The position numbers were made by a program, and so were the translations under genes. Positions 1-10,738 of a stretch of DNA of 64,000 bases are shown one piece after another. Where the stretch lies: the NCBI GenBank assembly GCA_963775685.1, contig CAVZJV010000001.1:44945-108944 (forward strand), in the 5' to 3' direction. The stretch's first letter is position 1, and the number at the start of each line of letters is the position of its first letter. This DNA comes from Candidatus Bathyarchaeota archaeon (lineage in GTDB: Archaea > Thermoproteota > Bathyarchaeia > Bathyarchaeales > Bathycorpusculaceae). The notes below the pieces were generated by a model. That model worked only from the letters and a program-made list of their open reading frames with translations, was not told the DNA's origin and searched no databases.

Positions 1-685
1 CTTGGGGATTTGTAAGCAATAAATTTGCAGTCTGACTATTCGCCTGTGACAATTGAGAGAGAGGTTTAATATCGAAAGTAAGGTTAGTGATTGATTCTAA
101 ACTTGAAAGTTCTGGTTCATCTAAAGTATTTTCCAAACAGCATTCCGCCCCTTGCTGGTCCTTCACCTATACCAGTTAAGATGGGGGCGATTGCCATCAT
201 CATTGGTTGATTATCAAGGAGAATTAGCCCTGAAACTGCTGTATTTCGTGATGAGTACTCCCCGATGTATGATGAAAGAGTCTGTTTCGTTTCTTGAGAG
301 GTTAGGCTTTTACCCGAATTATTGAGGTCATAGGATTGCATATAAACTACGTTTTTGTTGTTGTCCATAATCGCAACTATGTTTAGTTTTAAATTTTGAA
401 ACGTCGAATCAATAAAATTAGTGTCAACAAATTGCTGGTTTTGGTTTTGAACAAAGTTGTAAGTTTCATCCCAACTTGCATAGTCTACCAAATTAGTTTC
501 TACCTGTGAAAGACGATAATTTAATGAAGTCAAGGCTTGGTTGAGGTTTTGTTGGTTTTTTTCCTTGTCTAAAACTTCAAACCCTGGAGTAATAACAAAA
601 ACTGCTACTTAAATGAAGTAAAAGAAAAGTAACTAGAGCAATAAATACAATTAGGATAGCACTTTTTGTCCTAATTTTCATGACC
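1..685 (-). pseudogene. CHASE4 sensor-domain protein (sensor kinase-type N-terminus), interrupted, runs off the window
   Basis: ORF 117-533 has DYASWDETYNFV and GPARGGMLFGKY motifs typical of CHASE4; upstream TM segment and downstream part are in other frames. Confidence 0.6.
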
Positions 686-1137
686 ATATTTCCTGTAGAC
701 TCTTTAATTCAAACTATTTCTAATTTAAGTCTAGTGGATTTAAAATATTGTCAGACAGTGTTACTCTAAAAACTCAACTTGTACTCTTTCATCTTATTTA
801 ACGAATAACTTTTTCGCATATAGCATGAAAACAATACCAAAGGATTTAATGCTGACCGCTTTTATGGCAGCCTAACTCTTCTTCACATTCGCCAGAAAAC
901 AATCTGAACAAACCTAAAACAATAACCCGCCAATTGCACTCACAACCCAATCTTGAAAAATACACATCACAACCACATCCTCCCCACCCAACAGTGATCA
1001 CAACATGGAAGATAACCACAACCAACCCCAACGCAATCCAAAAACAAACAAAAACCAACTAGAAACCTACAAAACAAAAAACAAGAAACAATGGAAATCT
1101 CAACTTAAAGCATAACATTTGACCAAACAGCAGAGTA

Positions 1138-1806
1138 ATGTTCAAAAGCAACATTTCAACACTCCAATTTTCAATGATACCTGTTCTGAATGTTAATTGG
1201 CAAAGCCATCTAGCCGACTACAGCCTTAGCGAGCGCGACGCTGATGTGTTGGCGCTTATCGAAAACGAAGACTTAGCCACCTTTACATTCGACGGACTCA
1301 AAAGAAGGACAGGCCTACATCCTGAAACGCTCTCACGCATATTAAGCCGCCTCGAAGAAGAAGGCATAATCAAAAAAGAACACACAGGATACCGTGTAAC
1401 CCCAAAAATAACCGAACTCAAACTTCATACCCTAAGAAAAGAAAAGCCCACAACCCCGCTTATACAGACTTTTCTGCCCTCTGACCTTATGACCCAACAG
1501 CTAATCCTCAACCTCAAAGGTAAATGGTTTGGCTTGCTCCGTTGGCTTGGCATATCCGAAAACAGCCAAGGCGTAACCCTCAAATGGATTACAGAGGACG
1601 GCGCAATCCAGATAGCTGCAAACATTCAAGGCACGGCACTCAACATAGAAGCAAAATTCTTAACAAGCAACAACCTCAACTTAGCGTTGAAGGCTTCTTA
1701 CCAGTTGATGTCGCTGATTGGTAAAATGTGCATAAACTCCCAATTGTCTAGACCAGCTATAGCCAGAAACGTTGGATACTTTGGCGGCTCAATGATGCCA
1801 GCCTAA
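1138..1806 (+). CDS. winged-helix DNA-binding domain protein
   Basis: TFDGLKRRTGLHPETLSRILSRLEEEGII is a wHTH motif. Confidence 0.7.
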   Translation: MFKSNISTLQFSMIPVLNVNWQSHLADYSLSERDADVLALIENEDLATFTFDGLKRRTGLHPETLSRILSRLEEEGIIKKEHTGYRVTPKITELKLHTLRKEKPTTPLIQTFLPSDLMTQQLILNLKGKWFGLLRWLGISENSQGVTLKWITEDGAIQIAANIQGTALNIEAKFLTSNNLNLALKASYQLMSLIGKMCINSQLSRPAIARNVGYFGGSMMPA

Positions 1807-1882
1807 ATTTTGTGACTGACTTTGCGGGTTCCTTAGTCAACAAATACCTTTTTGTACTTATACTCTTTTGGAGAAAAACCAA

Positions 1883-2815
1883 ATGAGTCAACTAACTAAC
1901 CCATTAGAGGTCCTAAAATCTCTCTCAGACGCAACAAGTTTGCTCATCAAGAAAATTTCTCAGTCGGTGGTGAGCGTCAAAGCACAGATGTCAAGGGGCA
2001 CTGGCGTTGTCATAACCAAAGACGGTTACATTATCACCTGCAATCACGTACTTCAAGGATGCGGCACCCTCAAAATCGGCCAAGGAGAAAAAACCTTCAA
2101 CACAAAAATCGTAGGCACGGATCCATACAACGACGTGGCTTTACTTAAAGCAGAGCAAGGGGAATTTACGCCCATCGAAATGGGAGATTCCGAGAAACTC
2201 AGTGTAGGCCAATACGTTCTGGCTCTTGCTAACCCGTTTAACAGAAATCAACCAACCGCCACCAGCGGCATGGTCACCAGCGTAAACAGCACAATCCGAG
2301 GCTGGCGGGGGGCATCTGCAATGGAGAATGTCATAGCGACCGACGCCCAACTAAACCCGGGCTTTAGCGGCGGACCACTCATAGACTCCCAAGGCAGGCT
2401 AATCGGCATAAACACTGCTTACGTTTGGCAAAGAGGCATCGCCATTCCCGTAAACAAGGTCAAAGGCATCGCCGACCGCTTGATGACTGGAAGAGTAGCG
2501 CAAAGAGGATATCTGGGCATAGTCGCTAACACAGTGGCTATCCCTGAGGAAATCGCTGAAGCAGCACACTTAGAACAGGAAACCGGCGTCATGATCTTTA
2601 GCGTTGAAGCAGGCTCACCCGCACGCAAAGCAGGCTTAGCCATGGGTGACGTCCTTGTCAAATTCAACGGCAAACCGGTTACCGAATTCTACGACTTACC
2701 AAGGCTTTTAAACGAAGATGTGATTGACAAAGAAACCAAACTGACCATCATCCGCAAAGAGAGCCTCATCGAAACAACCATAACCCCAACAGTTCACGGA
2801 GGCGAAGAAGACTGA
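1883..2815 (+). CDS. htrA: HtrA/DegP-like trypsin serine protease with PDZ domain
   Basis: TCNHV, NDVALL and NPGFSGGPL catalytic triad motifs; C-terminal PDZ (SPARKAGLAMGDV). Confidence 0.9.
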   Translation: MSQLTNPLEVLKSLSDATSLLIKKISQSVVSVKAQMSRGTGVVITKDGYIITCNHVLQGCGTLKIGQGEKTFNTKIVGTDPYNDVALLKAEQGEFTPIEMGDSEKLSVGQYVLALANPFNRNQPTATSGMVTSVNSTIRGWRGASAMENVIATDAQLNPGFSGGPLIDSQGRLIGINTAYVWQRGIAIPVNKVKGIADRLMTGRVAQRGYLGIVANTVAIPEEIAEAAHLEQETGVMIFSVEAGSPARKAGLAMGDVLVKFNGKPVTEFYDLPRLLNEDVIDKETKLTIIRKESLIETTITPTVHGGEED

Positions 2816-3028
2816 TAAGCAAAATGCCCCTCGAGATTGACCCGCCCTCTCCGATGCCGACACCGCCGCTACGCCGAAGACCATCACCTATGCCACAGCT
2901 AAAAAACGCTTACGCTGTTGCACTAACTGTTCCTTTCCCTTCTGTTTTTGATTAGAGAGCAAAATTTCTCTTTTCTTTTTTTAATTAGCTTATAAGCAAA
3001 TTAAGCTTATCAATAGATGGGGATTTGA

Positions 3029-3424
3029 ATGCATGCTGGATTTGTCTTTGCCATTGGCATTTTAATTATGATTGCAGCGTTTCTGTTTTTCGCTGGAATC
3101 TCAGGAACCACATTTTATGGATTAGCTGTGTCGGTTGAAGTAAGTATTGGAATAACCCTCATCGTCGTTGCTTTGATTATCATCGTCATAGTCTCCATGG
3201 GAGTTAAAGCCCAGTTTAGACGGATAAAAACTGGCAAAGAAGCCTTAATCGGTGCCTCAGGCATTGCAATAACTGACCTTAAACCTAAAGGCGAAGTTCG
3301 TGTGATGGGTGAGTTCTGGGAAGCCATAGCCCAAAATGGCGAAATTGCCGCTGGTCAAGCGGTGGAAGTCGTAGGCATGGAAGGCATGTTTCTTGTGGTA
3401 AAACCAGTCGAGCAAAAAGCTTAA
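3029..3424 (+). CDS. short NfeD family membrane protein
   Basis: TM helices then TGKEALIG...LKPKGEVRVMGEFWEA OB-fold; adjacent to an SPFH gene. Confidence 0.85.
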   Translation: MHAGFVFAIGILIMIAAFLFFAGISGTTFYGLAVSVEVSIGITLIVVALIIIVIVSMGVKAQFRRIKTGKEALIGASGIAITDLKPKGEVRVMGEFWEAIAQNGEIAAGQAVEVVGMEGMFLVVKPVEQKA

Positions 3425-3463
3425 TTCTCCAGCGATAGAATACACCTAGTTGAGGAATGAAGT

Positions 3464-4327
3464 TTGGTTGATGTTTTAACGCCTATTATCGGTTTCATAG
3501 TCATTGTTGTTGTACTTTTCCTGTTAAGTGGCATTCGCGTCTTAAGAGAATGGGAACGTATGCCCGTTTTAAGGCTCGGACGTTACGTAGGCTTGAAGGG
3601 TCCAGGAATCATATATCTTGTTCCCTTAATCGATAGAGCACCCTTAAAAATCTCCACAAGGTTAGACACTATACAATTCCGCACGGAATCAACTTTAACA
3701 AAAGACAACGTACCCGTAAATGTCGACTCAGTTTTGTATATGAAACCCGTTGATTTGGAGAAAGCGGTTCTGCAAGTAGAAAACTACTATCAAGCCACGC
3801 AGCTAGCATCACAAACAACTCTTCGGGAAGTTATAGGTAAAGTTAGCCTCAATGAATTACTGGCTGAACGCGAAAAAGTCGGAGCCCACCTTCGCGAAAT
3901 CATAGATGAAAAAACCGAAGCTTGGGGCATAAAAGCCACTGCTGTCGAAGTCCGAGATGTCATTATCCCAGCCAACCTACAAGACGCCATGAGTCGCCAA
4001 GCACAAGCTGAACGAGAACGCATTGCAAGAGTCACCCTAGCCACAGCTGAGTTTGAAGCATCAGCAAAAATGATTGAAGCCGCAAAAATGTATGAGTCAA
4101 GCGAACAAGGTCTACGTTTAAGATGGATGAACATTATCTACGAACTTGGCCAACAAGCCGGTACAAACACAATAATGCTAATTCCCTCCTCTATGCCTGA
4201 AGCCGGTTGGCCACCTGTTGGCACGTTTGGTTTCAAAGAACTGCCCAAAGGCCAACCAGGGGAGAAACCAGCAAAGAAACCCGTGGCCAGAGCTGAACCA
4301 CCTCTATCTGAAGAACCGGAAGAATAA
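3464..4327 (+). CDS. SPFH/band-7 (stomatin/slipin) protein
   Basis: RLGRY..KGPG, TKDNVPVNVD, AQTTLREVIG-like and AMSRQAQAERER motifs. Confidence 0.92.
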   Translation: MVDVLTPIIGFIVIVVVLFLLSGIRVLREWERMPVLRLGRYVGLKGPGIIYLVPLIDRAPLKISTRLDTIQFRTESTLTKDNVPVNVDSVLYMKPVDLEKAVLQVENYYQATQLASQTTLREVIGKVSLNELLAEREKVGAHLREIIDEKTEAWGIKATAVEVRDVIIPANLQDAMSRQAQAERERIARVTLATAEFEASAKMIEAAKMYESSEQGLRLRWMNIIYELGQQAGTNTIMLIPSSMPEAGWPPVGTFGFKELPKGQPGEKPAKKPVARAEPPLSEEPEE

Positions 4328-4331
4328 GAGC

Positions 4332-5354
4332 TTAAGCGGTTCTTACTGCTTCAACGGTACGCTTCAAAAGTAATTCAGTTGCATCCTGGCTTGGCCAGCT
4401 GCCTAAACCGCAGTCGGGACCCGTGAAAGTCATGCACGCGCCAAACTTTTCTTTGGCAAAAACAAACCTTTTCTTCATCGTTTCCACATTTTCAACTAAT
4501 TGTTCAGTTGACGGCTGGGTTATGCCTTTCTCGTAGAGTTCAGCCCAGATAGTATCTATGTCTGTTCTGGTGATACCCACGCGTATCTGTTTGTCAGCTT
4601 TTTCCAGAACGCTTTTGGAGACAGCTTCAATATTTTTTGGGGATGCAGCGTACTCAAAAGATAAAACATCAAGACCTTTTACCGAAAGCAAATCGTGCAC
4701 TCCCGATGCAAAGTGTAAGTGAATCTGTTTTATGGGTCCTTGAAAGTCGTAGGCTTTTTCAAGTGTTTGATGAACCAACTCAGGGGAGCCTGAAAAACTG
4801 CTGTGGCCAAGGCTTGGTTCGTCGATGGATATGACTCTGGTTTCTATGTACTTGTTGTTTAGGATGCTGTTTTTTGCGAATCGGTTTATCGTTTGAGCAA
4901 ACCCTTCAAGCACATCTGGATAAGCTGTTGCGCCCACTTCAGATAGGTATTGCTCTATTGGACCAAAAATTGAAACCCGCAATTGAATCTTTTTGCCGAA
5001 CTCCTCGCTTAGGCTCTTAGCTTCTTGGTTTAACACGTAAATTTCTGGAAGAAACGCCATCTCCTCTTCAACGACGAAGGAGCCCTTCTCCATTGCTGCA
5101 TGGACAGCATCGCCGACTTGTCTGATTCCGCTGAAATGTTGAGGAAAATTTGCGACATCTAACCCACATGCCAGCTTTTTCTTAAACGACTCAACAACGA
5201 CGTTGTAAAAGTTTTTTTGAGTAAAATCTTCTTTTGACGGGTCTTGTTGGTTGATTATTGCTTCTCTTGCAAGCTCGTAGGCTTTAGCGTACGCTTCTCT
5301 TTTGATTCCAGCCGGTAAAGGAAAACTGCCAATATCGTCAACTAAAGTGTCCAT
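4332..5354 (-). CDS. cobalamin-independent methionine synthase-like (single-barrel MetE/URO-D superfamily) protein
   Basis: DDIGSFP N-terminus, SIDEPS, HLH, FEYA and GPDCGLGSW motifs. Confidence 0.75.
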   Translation of the reverse strand: MDTLVDDIGSFPLPAGIKREAYAKAYELAREAIINQQDPSKEDFTQKNFYNVVVESFKKKLACGLDVANFPQHFSGIRQVGDAVHAAMEKGSFVVEEEMAFLPEIYVLNQEAKSLSEEFGKKIQLRVSIFGPIEQYLSEVGATAYPDVLEGFAQTINRFAKNSILNNKYIETRVISIDEPSLGHSSFSGSPELVHQTLEKAYDFQGPIKQIHLHFASGVHDLLSVKGLDVLSFEYAASPKNIEAVSKSVLEKADKQIRVGITRTDIDTIWAELYEKGITQPSTEQLVENVETMKKRFVFAKEKFGACMTFTGPDCGLGSWPSQDATELLLKRTVEAVRTA

Positions 5355-5426
5355 AAAGTATTATTGACTGGCGAAATTGTATTAAAGGTATATGCTACCA
5401 ACAAACCGCTGAAAGGTATGAACGCA

Positions 5427-5850
5427 ATGTCTGACTGTATATTCTGCCAGATAATCAAAAAACAAGCCCCTGCCTAGCATAGTCTACGAGGATGAACAGG
5501 TTGTGGCGTTTTTGAGTAACCGCCCAGTAAACGAGGGACACACACTTGTGGTTCCCAAAAAACACTACGAGAACATCTATGGGATTTCTGAGGAGGAAGC
5601 GGCTTACTTGTTTAAGGTTGTTAAGCGGGTTGCGCACGCCGTTAGGGATGCAACGGATGCTCAGGGGATCAGGATTGTGCAGAATAATGATTGGGCGGCT
5701 GGACAAGTGGTTTTTCACTTGCATGTGCATGTGATTCCTATGGAGCCAAATGAGGGCTTCATTCATGGCAAGGCTTTTCGAGATCACACAAATCCACGAA
5801 GTTCAGAGGAATTGGAAAAAGATGCGGAAAGAATAATTCAGCACCTTTAA
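5427..5850 (+). CDS. hit: HIT family hydrolase (frameshift near 5475)
   Basis: MSDCIFCQII from ATG 5427, then GHTLVVPKKH and the HLHVHVIP histidine triad in another frame. Confidence 0.85.
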
Positions 5851-6059
5851 AACCCCAAATCGCTGGGATGGATCTACCATTACATTCTGGCTCGGTGTTC
5901 CAATGAATATAAGTTACCTTAGTCGGTTACGGTGATGTTTTGTCCATTTAAGATTACAATTAATGTAGAACGGGTTAAGGTGATGTTTTCCAAAGCGTTG
6001 TCGTTCGTAAGCCCAGAATGTCTAAAGGTTGAGAAAGTTCTTTTTATGATGAACGAGAA

Positions 6060-6689
6060 ATGAATCAAAACCACAACCCTAAAACCGTTTACTGGCTTGA
6101 CAATACACTTTACCTAAACATTACGAATCAATGCTCAAACAACTGTTATTTCTGTTTTAAACGTTATAAGCATGGAGTTGGCGGATTCAACCTTAAACTT
6201 ATCCAGGAACCAACCGTAGAAGAAGTCAAAACTGAAATAGAGGAGGTTTTACGAATTCGCAGTTGGGACGGGTTGGTTTTCTGCGGTTTTGGTGAGCCTA
6301 CAAAACGGCTTGATATGTTGCTTGAAGTTGCCAGATGGACAAGAGATCACCATGGAAGACCCCTGAAAACTCGTTTGGACACAAACGGGCATGGCTATGT
6401 GCTAAATCCCGGCAGGAATGTTGCAGCGGAGTTGAAGGCAGTTGGCGTCGAGAAAGTGAGCGTAAGCCTAAACGCCGGAGATAGTAAAACTTACCTGGAG
6501 ATTTGCAAGCCAACATTCTCAGACTCATTCGAAGCAGTTATTGATTTTGTCTGCAAAGCCAAGTTGCTTCTCGAAGTTGAGGTTTCGGTTGTTAGACTGA
6601 CTGAAGTAGATTTGAGTAAAGCCCAAGAGATTGCAGACAGTTTGGGCGTTAAACTCAAAGTCCGAGATTACATTCCATGCTTCTACTGA
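6060..6689 (+). CDS. TatD-associated radical SAM protein
   Basis: LYLNITNQCSNNCYFC (CxxxCxxC), VFCGFGEP, RLDTNGHG, SVSLNA. Confidence 0.88.
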   Translation: MNQNHNPKTVYWLDNTLYLNITNQCSNNCYFCFKRYKHGVGGFNLKLIQEPTVEEVKTEIEEVLRIRSWDGLVFCGFGEPTKRLDMLLEVARWTRDHHGRPLKTRLDTNGHGYVLNPGRNVAAELKAVGVEKVSVSLNAGDSKTYLEICKPTFSDSFEAVIDFVCKAKLLLEVEVSVVRLTEVDLSKAQEIADSLGVKLKVRDYIPCFY

Positions 6690-6915
6690 TTTTACAAACC
6701 TAAGAACCGTTTTTTAGTGCCCACTTCATACGACAAAACACTAAATCCTGGGCGAAAATGTTTTAAATCAAAACCGCCAATTTCAACGCCGGAGCTATTC
6801 ATGAGGAAAACATTGCTCTTTGAGTTCGACGTGCCTTGCTACAGAAAACGCGCATTCGGACTTTCAGCCAAAAATAAACAACCAAGATAAACCAAATACT
6901 TGAGGCGAATTAAAC

Positions 6916-7765
6916 CTAAGTATGGTTTACATAGATGCCTTTCTCGAAGGCGAAAAAGGCTTTTTTCCTTTTAGCATAAGGCAAAACAGAGGATAAGGTT
7001 GCAACTACAAAAACTGGAATTATCCAACTTGAAAACTCTGGCACTTGATCATCATCCGAGAAGACTACAACCAAATCGCCCAACAACGGCTTATCATGTT
7101 CAGAATGCATTTGACCAAAACCACATGTATAGAGCCTTCTTTTGCTATCTCGTAGTTTATGGTGTTCCATTTTGTGTCAGTTTCTGCTGTGTAGGCATGC
7201 AGGTTGGTGGCGTTTGCTTCAATGCGCATACAAAATAAGCTGTTGAATTGTTGTTGTCTTGGGAAAGGTACGGGCAGATATTTAGGTCATATAGAAACAA
7301 GTAACTTCCATTTGTCATTTCCAGGGGTGCTCATAATGGATGCTCAGATCAAAAAACCAGAAACATTTTCGAGCAAGCTATAGATCGTCCACCAATCACC
7401 GATTGCTGTATAATGCAAAATCTCTGGATAAGATTCGGTATAGTTTCTCCAGCTAAACTCCTTATTGTCTAGCGATAACATGTATGTTTGTTGTTCCAGG
7501 ATGCATTGGATAAACCATGGGCAATTCACCGTTAAAAATGCAATCCAGAGTGTTCTGGATTGTATATAGGGTAGTTTCCATCAATTTTTGCCCACAAGGA
7601 ACCGTTGATGTTTGTTATTGTATAGTTAATGTATTCAACAGGCATGGCTAATGATGGAGTTGAGCTCGCTGGGATTTGCGGCTGCATTTGGAACAAATTC
7701 AAAGACAGCTACCGAACTTAGAAGCGCCAAGAGGAATACCAGACTAACGCAATTTTCTGCATAGT
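6916..7765 (-). pseudogene. degraded secreted protein with PEF-CTERM-like tail
   Basis: signal-peptide-like segment near 7700-7760, several broken frames, ends VPEFSSWIIPVFVVATLSSVLPYAKRKK. Confidence 0.5.
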
Positions 7766-7929
7766 TGCCAAGCGATATTCAGTTTAAGTTACTTTATAAT
7801 TTTTTTGGACCCCAAAATAGATGGACTCCCGTCCATACAACGCCGTAGTAAGGGAAAGAATTTTAATCCGCACACACCTCTTTTATTAAGTAAAACTGCT
7901 TATTTTTCTTGCTAGTTCTGGGATTATTA

Positions 7930-9894
7930 ATGGGTACTTGTAAAGAGAAGCCAGAAAAGAAAACAGGGGTTAAAGGTGAAGGGATAGAAAACAAGCGAAC
8001 TCTTGTTGCGTTTGCTGTTTGGCTAGGCGTAACCATCCTTGTCAGCGGTTTACTGGATCTGTTTGCTAAAGGTTTGCCGCTTGGCTTTACCATGCCAATT
8101 CTTAATATCCCCGCTACTTTGTCTATGATTCTTTACTACTTTTCAATCCTGACAGCTGCAAGCTATATTGGCGTAGTCGGCTTGAAGGAGCTGGTTTTGG
8201 AGAAACGCTTCAGCGTAGAGTTCCTCATGGCAGTTGCTGGATTAGGTGCACTTTTCCTTGACTACAGATTTGAGGCCGCAACCGTTCTGTTCCTCTACTG
8301 CTTAGCAGAATACTTTGAAGGCTACATCCAAGACAGAGCCAAGAGAACCGTTGAGAAGATATCCAGAGTTATACCTGAAAACGCAAGAATCCTAAGCGAA
8401 GGCACAGAAAAAAGCGTTAAAGTGAACGAAGTGGAAACTGGAGCAATTCTGCTCGTTAAGCCAGGAGAAAGAATCCCTCTAGATGGCAACGTAATTAATG
8501 GATTCTCGCATGTTGATCAGGCTTTGGTTACCGGCGAGTCAGTGCCCGTACCCAAAAGGGTAAACGACTGCGTGTTCGCTGGCACACAAAATACGACAGG
8601 AGTTCTCAAAATCACCGTTACTAAGAAATCCACAGAAACCCTGGTTTCTCGTATTGTTCAGCTTGTGATGGAGTCCCAAAAAAGAAAAGCATCAATAGAA
8701 ACGTTGGTGGACAGGTTTGCTAAGATTTATGTGCCGATAGTGATTGCACTTGCCGTTTTCACCGCTGGAGCCTTACCGTACCTTTTGGGAGGAACCTTCC
8801 AAACCTGGTTCTACCGATCACTAATACTGCTGGTGGTTTCTTGCCCAAGCGCATTCATCATTTCCGTGCCAGCAACAATTTTTATAGCTATAACAATTGC
8901 CGCAAAACGCGGTGTAATAATTAAGGGTGGAGTTTTCATTGAAAAACTTGCTCGAGTTAAGCATGTTGTTTTTGACAAAACGGGCACATTAACTCTTGGT
9001 CGGCAATCCGTTCACGAAATTAGGCGACCAGATAATTCTAAAGCTGAAGATGAAGCACTAACTTACGCTGCGGCTTTGGATCAGTTTTCCAACCACCCAG
9101 TTGCCCAGGCTATCGTACGGAAGGCTATGGAACGCGGTATTGACCTTAGCAAAGTAAAAGTCACCGATGTTTTGGAGGTTCCAGGAAAAGGCATCGTGGG
9201 CATAGTGAACGGCAAACACGTAGCTATTGGCAATTTGGAGTTTATGCGTGAGTTAGGCTGTGATTGCACAGAAGCCTTTGAGGTAAGCGCAGGTGACGCC
9301 CACACTGCAATCTGTGTTTCGGTTGGCAAGACGGGCTTGGCAGCAGTTTGTGTGGTTGACCAGGTCCGCGAAGACGCCCTGGTTGCAATTCGTTCTTTAA
9401 AAAAGGCAAATATCAAGACAACTATGTTAACCGGAGATAGGAAAGAGATTGCAAACGAAACAGCACACACATTAGGCATTGACGATTTTCAGTCGGAACT
9501 ATTTCCTGAAGACAAGCTCAAATGCATCGAGGATATGAAGGGTAAAGATGGGCTTGTGGCTATGGTAGGTGACGGAGTAAATGATGCTCCTGCGCTTGCT
9601 GCTTCAGACGTTGGAATTGCAATGGGCGCACATGGCGTAGACATTGCGCTAGAATCCGCAGACGTTGTTTTAGTGAAAGATGAACTTGCCCAAATTCCCT
9701 ACCTGCTAAAGTTAAGCGACAAAACAATGACCATAGCGAAACAAAACATTGCCGCATCACTGGTTATAAAGTTGATTTTGGGTGCTTTGGGTTTAATGGG
9801 TTTGACACCACTCTGGTTTACAGTTGCCTCAGGCGACGATGGCGTTACTATGTTACTTCTGCTCAATACATTACGGCTTGAAAGAATAAAATAA
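7930..9894 (+). CDS. heavy-metal translocating P1B-type ATPase (Zn/Cd/Co-like)
   Basis: TGES, SCPS, DKTGT, HP and GDGVNDAPAL motifs; no N-terminal CxxC domain. Confidence 0.92.
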   Translation: MGTCKEKPEKKTGVKGEGIENKRTLVAFAVWLGVTILVSGLLDLFAKGLPLGFTMPILNIPATLSMILYYFSILTAASYIGVVGLKELVLEKRFSVEFLMAVAGLGALFLDYRFEAATVLFLYCLAEYFEGYIQDRAKRTVEKISRVIPENARILSEGTEKSVKVNEVETGAILLVKPGERIPLDGNVINGFSHVDQALVTGESVPVPKRVNDCVFAGTQNTTGVLKITVTKKSTETLVSRIVQLVMESQKRKASIETLVDRFAKIYVPIVIALAVFTAGALPYLLGGTFQTWFYRSLILLVVSCPSAFIISVPATIFIAITIAAKRGVIIKGGVFIEKLARVKHVVFDKTGTLTLGRQSVHEIRRPDNSKAEDEALTYAAALDQFSNHPVAQAIVRKAMERGIDLSKVKVTDVLEVPGKGIVGIVNGKHVAIGNLEFMRELGCDCTEAFEVSAGDAHTAICVSVGKTGLAAVCVVDQVREDALVAIRSLKKANIKTTMLTGDRKEIANETAHTLGIDDFQSELFPEDKLKCIEDMKGKDGLVAMVGDGVNDAPALAASDVGIAMGAHGVDIALESADVVLVKDELAQIPYLLKLSDKTMTIAKQNIAASLVIKLILGALGLMGLTPLWFTVASGDDGVTMLLLLNTLRLERIK

Positions 9895-10108
9895 CCTACG
9901 CTTATCTTAGCCGCTATTTTTTCAATGGACCCCTATTAATAGTTAGATTGGCCGTTTAGAAAGTCACAAACGCCCGCGTTGTCCTATCAACCTTTGCTTA
10001 TTGCAACCAATTGTCAAAAGGTACTTGGTTGGAAGAGCCCATTTTAGTTCATCTAGCAGTTGACTTGATCTATGAAATATTAATAAGTCCAAAAGCTCGA
10101 CTTAACTT

Positions 10109-10633
10109 ATGCCTAAAAAGTCAAAGGCTTACCCTGAGCCTCATTCAAAGGGGCAACGAAAATCCTTACCTAAAAAGACTAAACCTAAAGCTCAACCAAA
10201 AAAGGTAAACATATTAAAAAGCAAATATTACTGGGCGACTTTGACTGTGATTATTCTTATTTTTGCCGTTGCTGTAGGATATTTAGCGCAAATTTCTCTA
10301 GTTAAGGAGTTACTGATGTTAGGCACATTATTTTCGGTGATAGGTTTGGCATTTTATATCGGGTTTAAATCCTCTGAGGGTTACAGCAAAAGAGCAACTT
10401 TCTTTTTTGTTGGAGCATCCATCATTGGCTTTGGCATTTGGGCTGTGATGGTACTTTCCTTTAATGCAACCGGGCTGACCGCTCAAATTTCAAGTTCAAT
10501 CGGTATCGACTTCTTTGTTATAACAAGCCTGATAATCTGCTTAGCTTTTGGAGCATTAATCGGTGACTTGATAGGTAAAAATAGGGAAACTATCGAGATT
10601 TTCGTTGATAAAATCCGGAATAAATTGTATTAG
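10109..10633 (+). CDS. hypothetical 4-TM membrane protein with basic N-terminus
   Basis: open frame with four hydrophobic segments. Confidence 0.65.
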   Translation: MPKKSKAYPEPHSKGQRKSLPKKTKPKAQPKKVNILKSKYYWATLTVIILIFAVAVGYLAQISLVKELLMLGTLFSVIGLAFYIGFKSSEGYSKRATFFFVGASIIGFGIWAVMVLSFNATGLTAQISSSIGIDFFVITSLIICLAFGALIGDLIGKNRETIEIFVDKIRNKLY

Positions 10634-10738
10634 TTTGCAGAAAAAGACTAATGGAAACAATTGGTCTACGCTTCCCCAGAAACTTTAAGAGCACAGTCCT
10701 TCAGCATGTTCTAAGACCAACGTAAGGACCGACTACCA

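Noticed and set aside
825-1100. A/C-rich tract as repeat or ncRNA
   Set aside because: No discrete unit or stem; matches the A/C strand skew seen in nearby genes such as nadX and the helicase.
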